DNA of 64,000 nt from the human T2T-CHM13v2.0 reference genome, Homo sapiens, in NCBI RefSeq assembly GCF_009914755.1, contig NC_060935.1, one strand, 5' to 3'. The translations under genes were made by a program, and so were the position numbers. How positions within the stretch are numbered: position 1 is the stretch's first letter; each line of letters opens with the position of its first letter. Shown in pieces: positions 14,191 through 28,908 of this stretch. Under the pieces are notes generated by a model that had not been told where the DNA came from, made no database searches, and saw nothing but the letters and a program-made list of their open reading frames with translations.

Positions 14191-14333
14191 AAGGTGGGAA
14201 CAGTTACTTCTATAGTGCTATTTTCATCTCAAATACAAAGATATATTATCATTGTCCAACTTTTCAATTACATCTTGACCTTCTTGCCTAAACCCTGTAA
14301 GTTTTTGTTTTTGTTTTATAAAAATCAGTGTTA

Positions 14334-14660
<327 letters not shown>

Positions 14661-14670
14661 TCAGTGTTAG

Positions 14671-15106
<436 letters not shown>

Positions 15107-15122
15107 TTGAAGTATATTCTTT

Positions 15123-15800
15123 CGACATTCCTCTAGTGATGTCTATTGGTTTAGTAAAACCTGGAAATTTCTTCTTCTACCTTTATTTTGGACTCATGGT
15201 TTAGCTGTTTATAAAATTAGGGATTACTTATATTCTCTTAGAACTTTGAATATATAATTTCACCATATTCTGGCTTTTTTCACTGCTTATTTGAGAAGTT
15301 CTACAGCAGTCTAATTGCCATCCCTTTGTAGTTAATCTGAGGGTTTTACTCTGGTCGCTTTTGAGATTTTCTCTTTGTGAATCATTGTACTTCATGAAGC
15401 TGAGGATTCATAATTTTAGAAAGTTATTAACTGTGTTCTCTTTGTATGCTTTTTCTCTATTTTCTTCTTCTAGAACTCCTAGTAAACATATGTTTTGCCT
15501 TCTCAATCTCCATTTTCTAAATTTTGAACTCTTATTTTACATTTTCCTTCTATTTATGTTACTACCCTACATTTTGGGTAATTTTTTTAGGTCTATTTAA
15601 TCTATCTTCAGCTGTGTCTCATCTGCTGTTGAATCAATCCTTTGCAATTTAAATAACTATTTTTTAAGATTTACTATATAATTTTTTAAAAAATATGATT
15701 TTCTGTTTAAATATTACCTTCTTATGTTTTGCGCTCCCTATTTCTTGATGTATTTTTAAACATGAGTATATTTTAAAGATAATCAGTTTTATTATGTGGA
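15123..15800 (-). mobile_element. Ancient L1M/L1ME fragment (probably continues left of the Alu pair)
   Basis: T-rich antisense L1 ORF1-region motifs (tttgagaagttctacagcagtctaattg...gagattttctctttg). Confidence 0.55.
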
Positions 15801-18493
15801 ACTGTTGGAGATACAATTAGCTGTTTCTTCATGTTATTTAAATGCAGTTATCTACTATGTAAAGTGGGTGTGAAAATTCAAGGAATTTTTCAGGTGTGTT
15901 TTATGAAATATTTACTGTGATAAAGTAGATAATAAATAATAGCTTCCCCTTCTCTGAAACCAAGTAATAGAGATAACACGTGTACTACATAAGGAAAAGG
16001 GAAAAAAATGTTTGAATAGAGTATGTTTTCTTTTTTAATATATGATAGATTATTTTCCAGTTTGCATGTAAGTGCATTTTACTTCTTAACTACATTCAAA
16101 TAGGTTCTCTTTGGTCTCCTGTTTTAGTGGTTCACATGTACATGACAAATTATTTTTAATGAATTCTATATACTTTGAGCCAAACGAGTAAAAATTACAA
16201 CAGTTGAAGGGAGATAGCTACACAAAACTGAAATATTTTGGGAATCTTACATTGTATAGCAGGAAAGAGCAGTTGATGAGTTTTATTTTAGAAGTCTGCT
16301 AAGCTTAAAAGATGGCATTGAAATTGCCTCATAATAGGATTTTATTTTTAATATACAACAGTTCATAAAACACTTGATTATATTAATCACTATGCTTTAT
16401 GAAGAAGCTGAAAAAATAAGTGCTGTTAATAATAGAAAGTATAATTTCATAGGTATAAATTATTAGAAAATGGCTATAAGAACTTTGCATGTTATGGCAC
16501 AGACAGGTTATATAGCTGTCATAATTCTGAAATTGAAGATTTTTCATTAAAATTATCCTCATTATATCTAAAGCCCCATTCAGAAATAGTCATGATGAAT
16601 AGAGTAATCTAGCAGAGTTCATTGTTCTACCATGTTTCTATATGTCCTGCAAAGTAATAGATACCACATTCGCCATTTTAGTTTCATTGCCTTGAATATA
16701 ACATTTTTTGATTCCCAAACAATCCTCAATGTCTTCAATTTTCAGTATCAAAAATGCAAATAGAAAGAATGAACCACTTATACTACCAATGCAAAATCAT
16801 CATTCTGACTGAATTTAAATACTCTGCTCTTCAGTAGCAAGATTAGGCAGAAAATATTAGGTGTGTTTCTCTGTATTCAAATAAGAATGTGAAGGAAGAA
16901 AAGCTACAATGTTAAAACTATCTTTAAAAGTGGGTAACTGACCTAAAACAAACTAGGTCAGAGACTTTATAATCAAACAGGGTAGAAGGGAGCCCCCACC
17001 TTATCAGCTGCTCTTGCCTGGAATCTTCCATCATGCTGAGCTGGGGGGTTATGTGAGAAGAATGTCATGACTCAAGTGTCACAGACTTAATGTTCTTACA
17101 AAATTTTTCTGGAATAAGTGATTGTTCTTATTCTAAAATAATTCTCACCAGCCATGGTTGCTTCACTGGAGCAGGTCTGTGGAACTTCTCCTGCCACCAT
17201 TCTAGAAGTATAATTCTCATATGCATCTTTTGCTGTTTATTCTGTATGTGTTCTGATCAATTTCATCAGTTTCCAATGACACACTGATAGTCTACCCACT
17301 TACCCACATTATTGAATCATGCTTATGCTAACTTCCCAGTTTCCCAAGTCTTACAGGTATGCCTGCTATTACAAAAACCTAGACTTCCTTAGAGCATAAA
17401 TGTTGAATTGGGGCAATTGGGTGAAAATCTTCTCTGACGAGTCATTTTCTTTTTCTTTTTTAATAAAATGGAATTATATAAATGAACTACTGAAAAATAT
17501 CCTGCAGAGTGACAATCTTTAACTGCAACCCACAGGTGTCTATACCTGACAGGTATAAACTATGACATCCATGTGAGTGGCAGTCTTTATCTTGCAAAGA
17601 AAGAGATTAGTTTGATGACAGCAGCCACATTCTCCAAAGAAGGCATTTCACTCTTTCTTCCAGAATTAACAATAATCATCAAGCTGGAATTTTATAAATG
17701 CTGGGTTGTGTTGATTTCTTATAGAGGCAGAGTGTGTTTCCTTGGAGTGTGTTTTCATAGTCTGTGTTTCCTTGACTGGTTGCTTCTTAAACCAGTGCCA
17801 TGCATCATTTTAATGAACCAATGAAGTTAAAAATAGAGTGTCACTGCAAATATGACAGATCTTGTTATCTGTATTGGTGAAACGTAAATCCACTGAATTC
17901 TGAATTCAATCTACAGGGCTAAAAATAACTCAAAGTGCATTTCTGCTCAAATAGGCAATTAAAATTGGCACAAAACCAGACAACTATTTCATACAATGCA
18001 TTAACTCTAACAATTCTGAAAGAGAATACATTCTCACATATAAAAGCTTATACTATTTATCTTCTTTCCAGGACAAGCGGATGCAATTCTCAAACTTGTC
18101 TGTACTACAAGCAGTGGGATTCTGTGTACCATTATCTCATTTAAGGCCTCCAGAAATTTAGATTTTGATGAAGGAGACAGAATGTTACCCACTATACACT
18201 GATTTTTCAGGGAAAAAAAGTAAAACTTTGATAAATTTGTTTAGCATATCCATAGACAGCACAACAGCTTTTTTTTTTTTTTAAGTTGGATTCCAGATAC
18301 CTTAACAAATAACAAGACAGAATTGGTAGTTGGGGGATGTTTAAACTGATTTCAGTATGTGTTTCTCTATTTTAAACTATGATTTCGTAAACTATAAGAT
18401 TTCTGAATAAAAACATTTCAACTGCAGTCAATTTGTTTAATCTATAATAATCTCCATACATGCTAATAGAAAAGTTATTTTTATAGTTAAAAC

Positions 18494-18549
18494 AAATACA
18501 TATTACACATTTAACAGGAAAAAATACATATTATACATTTAACAGGAAA
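18494..18549 (+). repeat. 28-bp tandem duplication (2 copies, 1 mismatch)
   Basis: AAATACATATTA(C/T)ACATTTAACAGGAAA x2. Confidence 0.95.
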
Positions 18550-19209
18550 TTTAAGCACTCCAAATAAAGTTTGAAGAGAAAACGAGACCTTTCTTTTAAA
18601 AATAAAATATTTGAGTTTTTTGAGGTTGATGGGCAATTCTTTGGCATAGGCCAAACTTATATGACTCTTTCAGCAAGAGCTTTTAAAAAAATCTAAATTA
18701 CTCTCTTTCTCTATCTTTATATCGACAGGATTGAATGTAACCAACACAACCTTTATTTAATAGTGAATGCCCTTTTGTCCATTTGGTATATGTAGGGCAA
18801 TGGTTGAACTTCTTCAGTCAACAATATAAATCTTGGCTTTTATTATCAGACACAAAAGCTATACCAAAAGCCGAAACAGACGATTTTGGCCTTTGTATGT
18901 TCCTTTTACAACTAGCAGAAAAAAAGTTGCTTTATGACAATCTCTGACTTTTTAGAGAACTAAGGGGAAAAAAATTCATTCAGACTATCTTATCAAAACT
19001 TCTTTTACTGAAGTATGTGAAAGAAACTTTCTAAGCATTAACTAAAGACCTTAGAAACTGACTTAATTGAATGGAATGAATCTAAGCCTAGACTCAGAAG
19101 TGATTCATTCAGGGCCTACTTTTGGTAAAATATTAAAGTGGGTATCTTCTTTTTTTCATTTTTTTTTAAGTAGGAAAGCACTTAATTTCATTGAAAGAGC
19201 ATTCATATG

Positions 19210-19549
19210 TGTTATGAACTAAATCATGTCCCCCAAAAAATTCATATGACATTCTTACCCCCAACACGATGGCATTTAAAGATTGGGCCTTTGGGATAGG
19301 GTGGATCCCCAATGATTGTCTAAGATAGGATGCAAGAGAGGTCTCTTTCTTTCTCTCTCCATCATGTGAAGAGATAGGAAGAAAAGAGAAAGCCAGGAAA
19401 AAAGGCCCTTACCATGAACCAAATCAGCTAGCACCGCATCTTAGGCTTTCCAGCCTCTAGAAGGGTGAGAAATAAATGTCTGGCTGTTTAAGCCACCCAA
19501 CTTATGGTATTCTGTTATGCTATTACAGCAGCCTGAGGAGATGAATACA
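19210..19549 (+). mobile_element. MLT1A/B MaLR solo LTR
   Basis: TGTTATG start; tttccagcctctagaagggtgagaaataaatg...gtttaagccacc...aataca end. Confidence 0.8.
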
Positions 19550-19730
19550 GTCTTGGACCCAGAAACATTTTAATTCAAATTCCAGCTAGGCTTCTTACTA
19601 GGTGCACAATCTTGAGCAAGTTTAATTTCTTCATTATTGAAAGGGGATACCTTATTTTTTAATGTTGAAATGGCATTACACATGCAAACCACTTAACAAA
19701 GTAGTTGTTGCACACTAGTTGACCAGCAAA
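19550..19730 (+). mobile_element. MIR fragment
   Basis: ttcaaattccagct...cttactaggtgcacaatcttgagcaagt core. Confidence 0.6.
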
Positions 19731-19983
19731 TACCAGTTTTCTTTCTTTGCCTTGACACTTTCACTCTCTCTCATTGCATTTCTACTCAAAAGATCTCTCT
19801 TCTACCTTCATTCATTCTATATTTCAGGAGAAATATCAGAAGAACTATAATCAATACAATTACAGGTATTAGTAGAATTATGCACCACATGTTCCAAATG
19901 ATATATTTACTTTTGAATAGCAGCCTCTGAAACAATGGCTAAAACAGAAAGCAACTATGAACATTCACAAAATGGGTCAGTGT

Positions 19984-20577
19984 CGCATGCCTATGTTCAC
20001 TGACACGTTATTGACAATATCCAAGACACAGAATCTACTTGTGTCCATCAGACACATGGATTAAGAAAATGTGATGTACATACATACTGGAATACTATTC
20101 CACCTTAAAAAGGAGAAAATGGTGTCATTTTTCACAACACAGAAGAACTTAGAGAATACTACACTAAGTGAAATAAGTCAGAAACAGTAAGACAAATAAT
20201 GCATTATCTCACTTATATGTGAGGCGTAAGAACACTGAACTCATGGAAACAGGGAGTAAAATGATGGTAACCAGAGGCTGGAGGGTGAGAGAATTAGGAA
20301 GATGTTGGTTAAAGGACACAAAATTTCATCTAGGAGGAATAAGTTCAAGAGGTATATTGCACATCATGGTAACTTTAGTTAATAATAATATATTGTATAC
20401 TTGAAAATCTCTAAGGGAATAGATGGTAAGTGTTGTCCCCATTAAAAAAAAAAGGATGTAAGGTAATGCATATGTTAAATATCTTCATTTGACCATTGCA
20501 TAATGTACACACATATTGAAACATCATGTTTTGTGCCATACACATACACACAAATTTGTACTTGTCCATTAAAAACA
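19984..20577 (+). mobile_element. L1MA 3' end
   Basis: ORF2 tail and L1MA 3'UTR motifs (ggaggaataagttcaagag, aataatatattgtatacttgaaa). Confidence 0.88.
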
Positions 20578-20702
20578 CTTTAAACATATGAGTCAGTGTC
20601 AAAATACTTTGGGGCAGTTGAACTTTTGAGCACCTTATAGGTATTACCATGCGGCTGATGGCTCCACTGCAAGTATATAGAGAAAACCCATTGATTTGAT
20701 CA

Positions 20703-20867
<165 letters not shown>

Positions 20868-21209
20868 CTATGTTGAAAATAAAAAATTTAACAGGCAGGT
20901 GAAAAAAAATATACAAATGCACACATATTTTTTCAAAACATGGCACACAAGTTCTTCCTTTACAAAATATACCTGGACACTACACTGTGTTCCATAAGGC
21001 TTTATCTGATCTGACTATGACAGCTTCTGACTCGCGTTGCATTCTCTGTCCCTCATTTACTGCACTTGAGTTATTGGCCTCCTGGTTGTCCTTTAAGCAT
21101 ACTAAGCTCAATCACTTTTAGGGCCTCTGTACTCGAGTTTTTCTTTTTTTTTTTTCCATAGCTTTTCTTTGGCAGCCACATTCTCGTCATAGAAGTTTCT
21201 TTTCCTTCC

Positions 21210-21665
21210 TTCACTTATTCAACAGATATTCATAAGGTACCCGTTATGTGGCAGGAAGTATCATAAACCCCCGAGTTTATGAAGCTTACTTTCTAGTGGG
21301 TAGAACAGACAATAAACAATAGTTATATAACTAAATTATATAGCACATTAGAAGATAAGTGCAAGAGGTGGGAGTATGGTAAGGCAATCAGAAGCGGGGA
21401 AGGGGGTTCAATTTTGATAATCAAGAAAGCCATTCAGATATCCAAAGGAAGAAAACTTCAGGCAGGAGAACAGCCAGTGCAAAGGCCTGAGGCCAGAGTG
21501 TAATGAGTGAAGACAATAAAATAGGAGATTAAAGATTATGGGAAGCCAGAATGAGAAGAATCTGGGAGACCTGAGGATGAATTAAAGGTCTTAGAAGAGA
21601 GGATTGATATAGTATGATTCAGTATTTTAAAAAATCAACCTGGTTGTTGTGATGAGAATAGACCA
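21210..21665 (-). mobile_element. L2 fragment
   Basis: ttattcaacagatatt start; ggagaacagccagtgcaaaggcctgagg motif. Confidence 0.7.
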
Positions 21666-21670
21666 TAGAT

Positions 21671-21889
21671 CAGGGTTTTTCATCCCTGGCGCTGTTGACA
21701 TTTTGGAATAGATAATGAATTATCACAGGCTGTCTCTTGCCTGGTAGAATGTTTAGCAGCATCCCTAAAATCAGCTTGCTATATGTTAGCAGTAACCCCT
21801 GCCCCCTGCCAGTTGTGACAACCAAATTGGTCTCTGAATATTACCAAATGTCTTTTGGGGGCAAAATCATTCCCAGTTGAGAACTATTG
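21671..21889. mobile_element. MER20 (hAT-Charlie MITE)
   Basis: ~219 bp; gttgacattttgg, gaatgtttagcagcatccct, gttgtgacaaccaaa; terminal cccagttgagaactattg. Confidence 0.88.
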
Positions 21890-22015
21890 TTGTACAGGAA
21901 AAGGGTGGAGGCTTACATGTCACCTCTGCAAAAAATGTCCTCCGTGATTACTCAATCTCAAGCAGCAACCACCAGCCCCAGTCACCACGACATCACCCTT
22001 AGTTTTCTTCACAGC

Positions 22016-22378
22016 TGCTAATGGTCTGAATGTTTGTGTTCCCCCGAAATTTATATGGTGAAAACCTACTCACCAGTGTGATAGTATTAGCAGGTGGGGC
22101 TTTTGTGAAGTGCTTAGATCATCAGGATGAAGCCCTCATCAATGGAATTAGTGACCTTATAAAGGAGTCTTCAGAGAACTGCCTTGACCCTTCCACTGTA
22201 TAAGAATGCAGCAAGAAGTCACGATCTCTGGTGCAGAGAGCAAGCCCTTACCAGACACTGCATCTGCTGGTACCTTGATCTTGAACTTACTAGACTCCAG
22301 AACTTTGAGAAACAAATTTCTGTTGTTTATAAGCTACCCAGTCTATCATATTTTGTTATAGCAGCCTAAATAAAAACA
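22016..22378 (+). mobile_element. MLT1A0/MSTD-like MaLR LTR inserted in an L2 tail
   Basis: tgctaatggtctgaatgtttgtg...ccagaactttgagaaacaaatttctgttgtttataagctaccc. Confidence 0.85.
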
Positions 22379-23234
22379 TCACACGTTGAGAAATTATCCT
22401 GACCATTTATTAATATACTTATCAATTTTTTCTCACTGCCCAATGCTACTATAAGTTCACATCAGTAAAGACCTCATCTTCATTGTTCACTGTTCTGTTT
22501 CCCAATGGCTTGAAAGAATCTTTGCCAAAAATCATTGCTGAAACCATTTAAGATTTTGTATTGCTTTTTTTTATTGCTTGTGCAAACCGTGTACATACGT
22601 TCTCTAACAAACTTAGGTGAATGCTGTGATTCTACAGTGACAATGAAAAGAGATCTTAGCAGCATTTAGAGGGCTCGTAAAAATGTAAAACCAACTTGGG
22701 GAAACCTTACTGCTGGAGTGGGGCAATGTTCTACATTGGATGTCTCTTTGACCAGTTTGGCCCAAATCTTTACTCTCCTCTTGATGGTTATTATTTTCAT
22801 CATTTGTATTCTATGGGGAGTCTTGGGGTAGTACCTTGGTAATATTCAATTGCTGAGCAAAATTTCATTTCTGAGTGGTTGCTACTTTTGTGTTCACCAT
22901 TCGTGGGTCAAGACTAAAGTCAGGGGTATCTGGAATCAGAAAAGTAGAGCTTGAGGCAGGATGCTGGTACTGTAACAATTCATATCAAATAAACATTCAA
23001 GTGCTGATTGTCCACAATGTAGTATTGTCCACACCTCAGTGTATCAGGGTGGACTGGGCAAGATCCTTGAAAACTATATGGTAGACTCTGTATACATGAT
23101 TTCAAGCTTCACAAGATGACTGTGGTGACCCCAAAGAGGCTTTAATAATTACTGGTAAGAATATGAATCTTTAGTTTCACTAGCCATCTCTTTTCACAAG
23201 AATATTAAGATACTGGGAGATGAATAGATCCATT

Positions 23235-23580
23235 TATTAATTGATTCACTGAACAAATGTCCACTGAGAACATCTTTGTTCCAGGTATTAAGTAAACCCC
23301 TGAGCAAAACTAAAGGCCTTGTGTATTTGAAGTCTAGTCAGGGAGCTATGAATTAAACATTCTGATAAGCACTATAAATCGAAATTATAGGATGTTATAA
23401 AATTAATTATGTGGGGGCTAAGCTTAATTTCAGTGAATGAGGGAAGACTTCCCTAAGGAAATTACATTTGAAGGAAATCTACAAATTGGGCAGGAGCTAA
23501 AAGGTGAAGGATGGGGCTTCCAGGAAGACAATCACATGTACTAACAGTGCTGTGCTGGGGTCTAATGGTAATTGAGGAAT
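23235..23580 (-). mobile_element. L2 fragment
   Basis: attcactgaacaaatgtccactgag start; gggaagacttccctaagg motif. Confidence 0.55.
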
Positions 23581-25539
23581 CTCTGAAAGCAGCAGGGTCA
23601 TACTGTGAAACTACAAGTCAAGCCCAGAAAGTCTACAACACAATGACGCTTTTCCTCAAGGGTCTCACCTCCTGTGGCCCTTATGTTTTAAGGTCCTACC
23701 CTGTGGACAGTGAGCATTGAAAATTTCTTTTACATGGGTGTTTGCACTACAAGAATCCTGCCCCCAGCCTTACTCTTCTGAACCAACATCCCTAAGTTTA
23801 GCCTTAATCTGAGAAAGATGAACATAAAGATTGAAAACAATCTCAGTATAGAATGGAATGTGAAATCCTACCTGACAATAGGATAAAAAAGAGAACCGTA
23901 CTTTTGGAGGTTAACCTGGCAATGATATTAAAAACATAGAACTGAATTAGAGAAAGATAGAGGGGAACAGAAAAATATGGTTAGGTCCCATTAGAATAAA
24001 TCACGGAAGTAAGGGGAACCTGAAAAAGACAAAACAGAGGGGAAGAAATCAACTTGAGAAACTGTAGAGCTAGTATTAATATGACAAAACAATTGACTGG
24101 CTATCAAATTGGAAGAAGACGGGAAAGGTCCACTTTAATCAGCTCTATTTTTACATGGCTAAAAATAAATAAATAAGCCCGGTTTTAAAAATCTGCTCAC
24201 CCCACTCCTAAGTCCTCCCTTCACAGAAGTAGGATTATTGAGGAGAAGATGTCTGGTTGTTCTCTTCTATCAAATTATTTTTCTTCATCCCCCATATGCC
24301 AATTGTTACACAGACTGTTCTAAATTTTGATCTGGTGCATTATTGATGAGCTCTTAAAAAGAGATTAAAACAACGATCTCCTACTCTCTTTCTGGGGGAA
24401 AAAAAAAGCAAGCAACAAAGAATTGCCAATTTGACTAACGTGAACCATCCAACCAGTAAGTCATATTTATGGCATATTTTGTGCCAAGGCTAATGTTAGT
24501 TTACTGGACATGTATCTCTGTGGGCCTAATGTATATAATGCACTATGCTAGACAATTAATTTGATTAGATTTATGTTAGTATACATCACCAGCACTCTTA
24601 GCTAATCTTAGTTCTGAAGATGTTGCTTACTTATTACTAACTCAAGCTGGCAGTTCTAAATCCCTTTTAGGAAATAATTTCCTAGTCCAGCACATTTATC
24701 TTTGGGACTCCATTGAGAATTATTTCTCAATTTTTTTATTTATACTAATTCCTTATCAAAGTGGGGTAGTTGTTTTTTAAAACAGAATTCTCTATGCCTG
24801 AATTCAAACATTTTAAATTAGAATTCAAGTTCTGTATTGCCAACGCCATGAACTGAATAAGTAATGGTGATTTTGAAGTATACATGCTGAAGCCCAACCT
24901 ATTTTTATATGCCATATCTGATAATAGACTAATATAAACAGTCAAACTGCAAGAAAAAAATTACTATTATTCATAGAAATAATCTTGACTGAGTTCAAAG
25001 AAGTAAACAGTAATTAATTCACTTAATTTTCTAGATTCAGTGAAGCATTTTTCATCATTTTATTTTTAACCCATTGGTGACTCATTATTAAATCTATAAT
25101 TTTTCTATTGCAAAAGCAACATATATTTAGAGTAGAAAATTTTGTAAAAACAGGTAAGAAGTGTGATTCATTATCACACTATCCAAAGAGAATTAGTTAG
25201 TATCTTATTTTCTGTTCTTCCAAATCTTTTCATGAATACATACTTTTTTTCAACTAAAATGTAATCATACTATACACACTGCTTTGTAATGTGTTTATCT
25301 CCCTAAATAAATATTTACCAGCCTATCAGTAAATATTCTTCTACAACATACGTTTTAATTATCACACTTTATTTGGATATTATCTATTATTGTATATACC
25401 ATTATTTATGGGATCCTTAAATGTTGAGCGCTTACATTGTTTCTAATATATAACATACATTATAACAAACAGATGTATATATATACATTTCTACAAGTAT
25501 ATTTGCAATTTTCTTGACTGTTTCCTTAACATAGCACAT

Positions 25540-25961
25540 TGTCACTGGGTTGTCTATTTCTTGAGGAGCATAACTTGTTTCTAACTATCACTATCTGCAT
25601 CTCTGTGGCTGAATGTTTTTTCCAGAACTGTGGAAGCCAATCAGCCCAAACTCACAGCACACTGAAAGATTAGGGAATTAACACCCCCACAAGTAACTCT
25701 CAACTAATGACTCTTGAGAGTTGGTGTAGAAATACCCCAAATTCTTTTTCCCCTCAGGTGGGATAATTCTGAGGTGCATATTTGTTGTTTCCAAGAATTC
25801 CCCAAGGGATCCAGCTCCAGCAGCCCACTGTGGCTAATACATCATTTATTGACCATCTTCTCCTCCCTATGTCACTTCCCCATTTCTCTCCTGATGGTAC
25901 CTCCCAAACAAATGACTTGTTTATTTCTGAGACTATTTCTGGGTGGACTCAAACTAAGACA
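25540..25961 (+). mobile_element. LTR16-like ERVL solo LTR
   Basis: cccctcaggtgggataattctgagg; tcacttccccatttctc; ends aaactaagaca. Confidence 0.75.
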
Positions 25962-25993
25962 CTAGTATAGCTACCCAGAAAGAAAGTGACTAA

Positions 25994-26564
25994 TGTGGCA
26001 ATTCCTCAGGGATCTAGAACTAGAAGTACCATTTGACCCAGCCATCCCATTACTGGGTATATACCCAAAGGATTATAAATCATGCTGCTATAAAGACACA
26101 TGCACACCTATGTTTATTGCAGCAGTATTCACAATAGCAAAGACTTGGAACCAACCCAAATGTCCAACAATGATAGACTGGATTAAGAAAATGTGGCACA
26201 TATACATCATGAAATACTATGCAGCCATAAAAAAGGATGAGTTCATGTCCTTTGTAGGGACATGGACGAAGCTGGAAACCATCATTCTGAGCAAACTATT
26301 GCAAGGACAAAAAACCAAACAACGCATGTTCTCACTCATAGGTGGGAATTGAACAATGAGAACACATGGACACAGGAAGGGGAACATCACACACCAGGGC
26401 CTGTTGTGGGGTGGGGGGAGGCGGGAGGGATAGCATTAGGAGATATACCTAATGTTAAATGATGAGTTAATGGGTGCAGCACACCAACATGGCACATGTA
26501 TATATATGTAACAAACCTGCAGGTTGTGCACATGTACCCTAAAACTTAAAGTATAAAAAAAAAA
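25994..26564 (+). mobile_element. L1PA (PA4/5-like), 5'-truncated 3' end
   Basis: ORF 25993-26352 is the ORF2p C-terminus (FDPAIPLLGIYP...MFSLIGGN*); 3'UTR and A tail. Confidence 0.96.
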
Positions 26565-27829
26565 ATTTTTAAGTAATATATTTTAAGATTTTTAACATAC
26601 ATTACCAAGTTGTTCTCTTTAAATGCTTTACATTCCATCATTTACATGATTTTCATCATGATCTTATTAAAAGGTAGATTTTTTTAAATGCCAATTTTGA
26701 TAGGTACAACTTTTTAAAATTAAATGTGTTTTATTAATGAGAGTTTATTTTTTCATATGACTACACTCATTTATATTGCTTCCTTATGACTTATTTGTTT
26801 ATATTCTTGGCCCATATTTTAAGTAAAAAAAAAACTCATGTTTTTATAGGATTTATAATAATTCTTCCAAGTGTATTAATTCCTTCTCACTAACATTTTA
26901 ATATTAGTTTGTTAGGGTTTTTGTATGAAATAACATCAAACTCCCAAACAGCTAAAAAAAAAAAACTAATTCTTCTTATGTTCTATGTCTTATTGTAGAA
27001 AATAAACATGTTTTTATTAGTAAACCTCTATTAATAAACAATTTTGTGGGGAGAAAGTCATTGGACTAGTTTATTTCTGTTGTTAGGGTGATAATATACC
27101 TGCTAAACATAAATTATCTGTGTTTGAAAAAAACAAATCCTGGGGTTTTTCTTGCTAGCAACATAAATGCATTCATTATATGACTCTAAATTACATAAAT
27201 TCTGCATTCTTACATCTCATCTAAACAAGAACTTATTTATTTTCTTGAATAGGAGTCTAAACCAGCATTACCAAGACCCTGAGCTTCTCAGATATAGTTA
27301 CTATCCAAATATAAGAAACCAGTTATTAAATCAAGTTTCAAATACCAATAGACATTCCTAGAAGTAAATTAGCCTTTTATTCTCCCTTATATTTCAGCCA
27401 TTTTGACCATTTTTTGTGATCTCATCACTAACCCTGATTAAGGCAATTTAGACCTTATGGCTTTTTAAAAGCATTTCTACATACATCATTATGATCTCCA
27501 GGAACTTTAAAATGCTTCTGAAATCCAAGTGTCACTCTGAGCAAGTCTGAGTAGTGCTAATTCCATGATTTACAGAATTGGCCTGCTTTGGACTTGATAG
27601 CTCTGCCTCAGTGATGGATTGGCCAGGCCTGCTGTTTAGAACATTTATTGTATTATTTCTAATCAACCTTTCTTTTTTTACTGTCACAATAATTTCCAAA
27701 TTTTGGCTGACTGCCTCACCACTCAGTGCCAGTATCCTTCATCATAAAACATGCAAAATGATAAAGTTTCAACAATTGGTAGCACTTTGAAGTCAAAGGA
27801 CTTGTTGATTCATCCTTGCCATATTAGCC

Positions 27830-28268
27830 TTTTTAAAAAAATTATACTTTAAGTTCTGGATGTGCAGAATGTGCAGGTTTGTTACATAGGTCTACATGCA
27901 CCATGGTGGTTTGCTACACCCATCAACCCGTCATCTACATTAGGTATTTCTCCTACTGCTATCCCCTCCCCTAGCTCCCCAACTCCCAACAGACCCCAGT
28001 GTGTGATGTTCCCCTCCCTGTGTCCGTGTGTTCTCATTGTTCAACTAGCACTTATGAGTGAGAACATGTGGTGTTTGGTTTTTGGTTCCTGTGCTAGTTT
28101 GCTGAGAATGATGGTTTCCAGCTTCATCCGTGTCCCTGCAAAGGACATGAACTCATCGTTTTTTATGACTCCATAGTATTCCATGGCATATATGTGTCAC
28201 ATTTTCGTTATCCTGTCTATTATTGATGGGCATTTGGGTTGGTTCCAAGTCTTTGCTACTGTGAACAG
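27830..28268 (-). mobile_element. L1PA7-like 3' segment of a 5'-inverted insertion
   Basis: Antisense 3'UTR and ORF2 end; T tract at left. Confidence 0.93.
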
Positions 28269-28908
28269 CATACTACAGGGATACAGTAACCAAATCAGCA
28301 TAGTACTGGTACCAAAACAGATATATAGACCAATGGAATATAACAGAGGCCTCAGAAATAATATCACACATCTACAACCATCTGATCTTCAACAAACCTG
28401 AGAAAAACAAGCAATGGGGAAAGGATTCCCTATTTAATAAACTGTGTTGGGAAAACTGACTAGCCATGTACAGAAAACTGAAACTAGACCCCTTCCTTAC
28501 ACCTTATACAAAAATTAACTCAAGATGGATTAAAGACTTAAAAGTAAAACTTAAAACCATAAAAACCCTAGAAGAAAACCTAGGCAATACCATTCAGGAC
28601 ATAGGCATGGGCAAAGACTTCATGACTAAAACACCAAAAGCAATGGCAACAAAAGCCAAAATTGACAAATGGGATCTAATTAAACTAAAGAGCTTCTGCA
28701 CAGCAAAAGGAACTATCATCAGAGTGAACAGGCAACCTACAGAATGGGAGAAAAAATTTGCAATCTATCCATCTGACAAAGGGCTAATATCCAGAATCTA
28801 TAAGGAACTTAAATTTACAAGACCAAAAAAAAAAAAAAGTCAAAAATTAGGCAAAGGATATGAACAGACAGTTCTCAAAAGAAGACATTTATGGGGCCAA
28901 CAAACATA
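28269..28908 (+). mobile_element. Inverted ORF2 segment of the same L1PA insertion
   Basis: ORF 28466-28912 is ORF2p ([19 protein letters not shown]); whole unit flanked by CATATTAGCCTTTTT / CATACTAGCCATTTT. Confidence 0.92.

Larger units (their letters stand above)
25100..27000 (-). mobile_element. Ancient L1ME 3' region, interrupted by LTR16-like and L1PA insertions
   Basis: Antisense L1M motifs on both sides of the insertions (taccattattt...ttacattgtttct; attaccaagttgttctc...tgccaattttgatagg). Confidence 0.5.

Noticed and set aside
19828-19865. 38-nt microexon candidate
   Set aside because: Good acceptor but weak donor (GTATTA), frame-shifting length and no supporting neighbours
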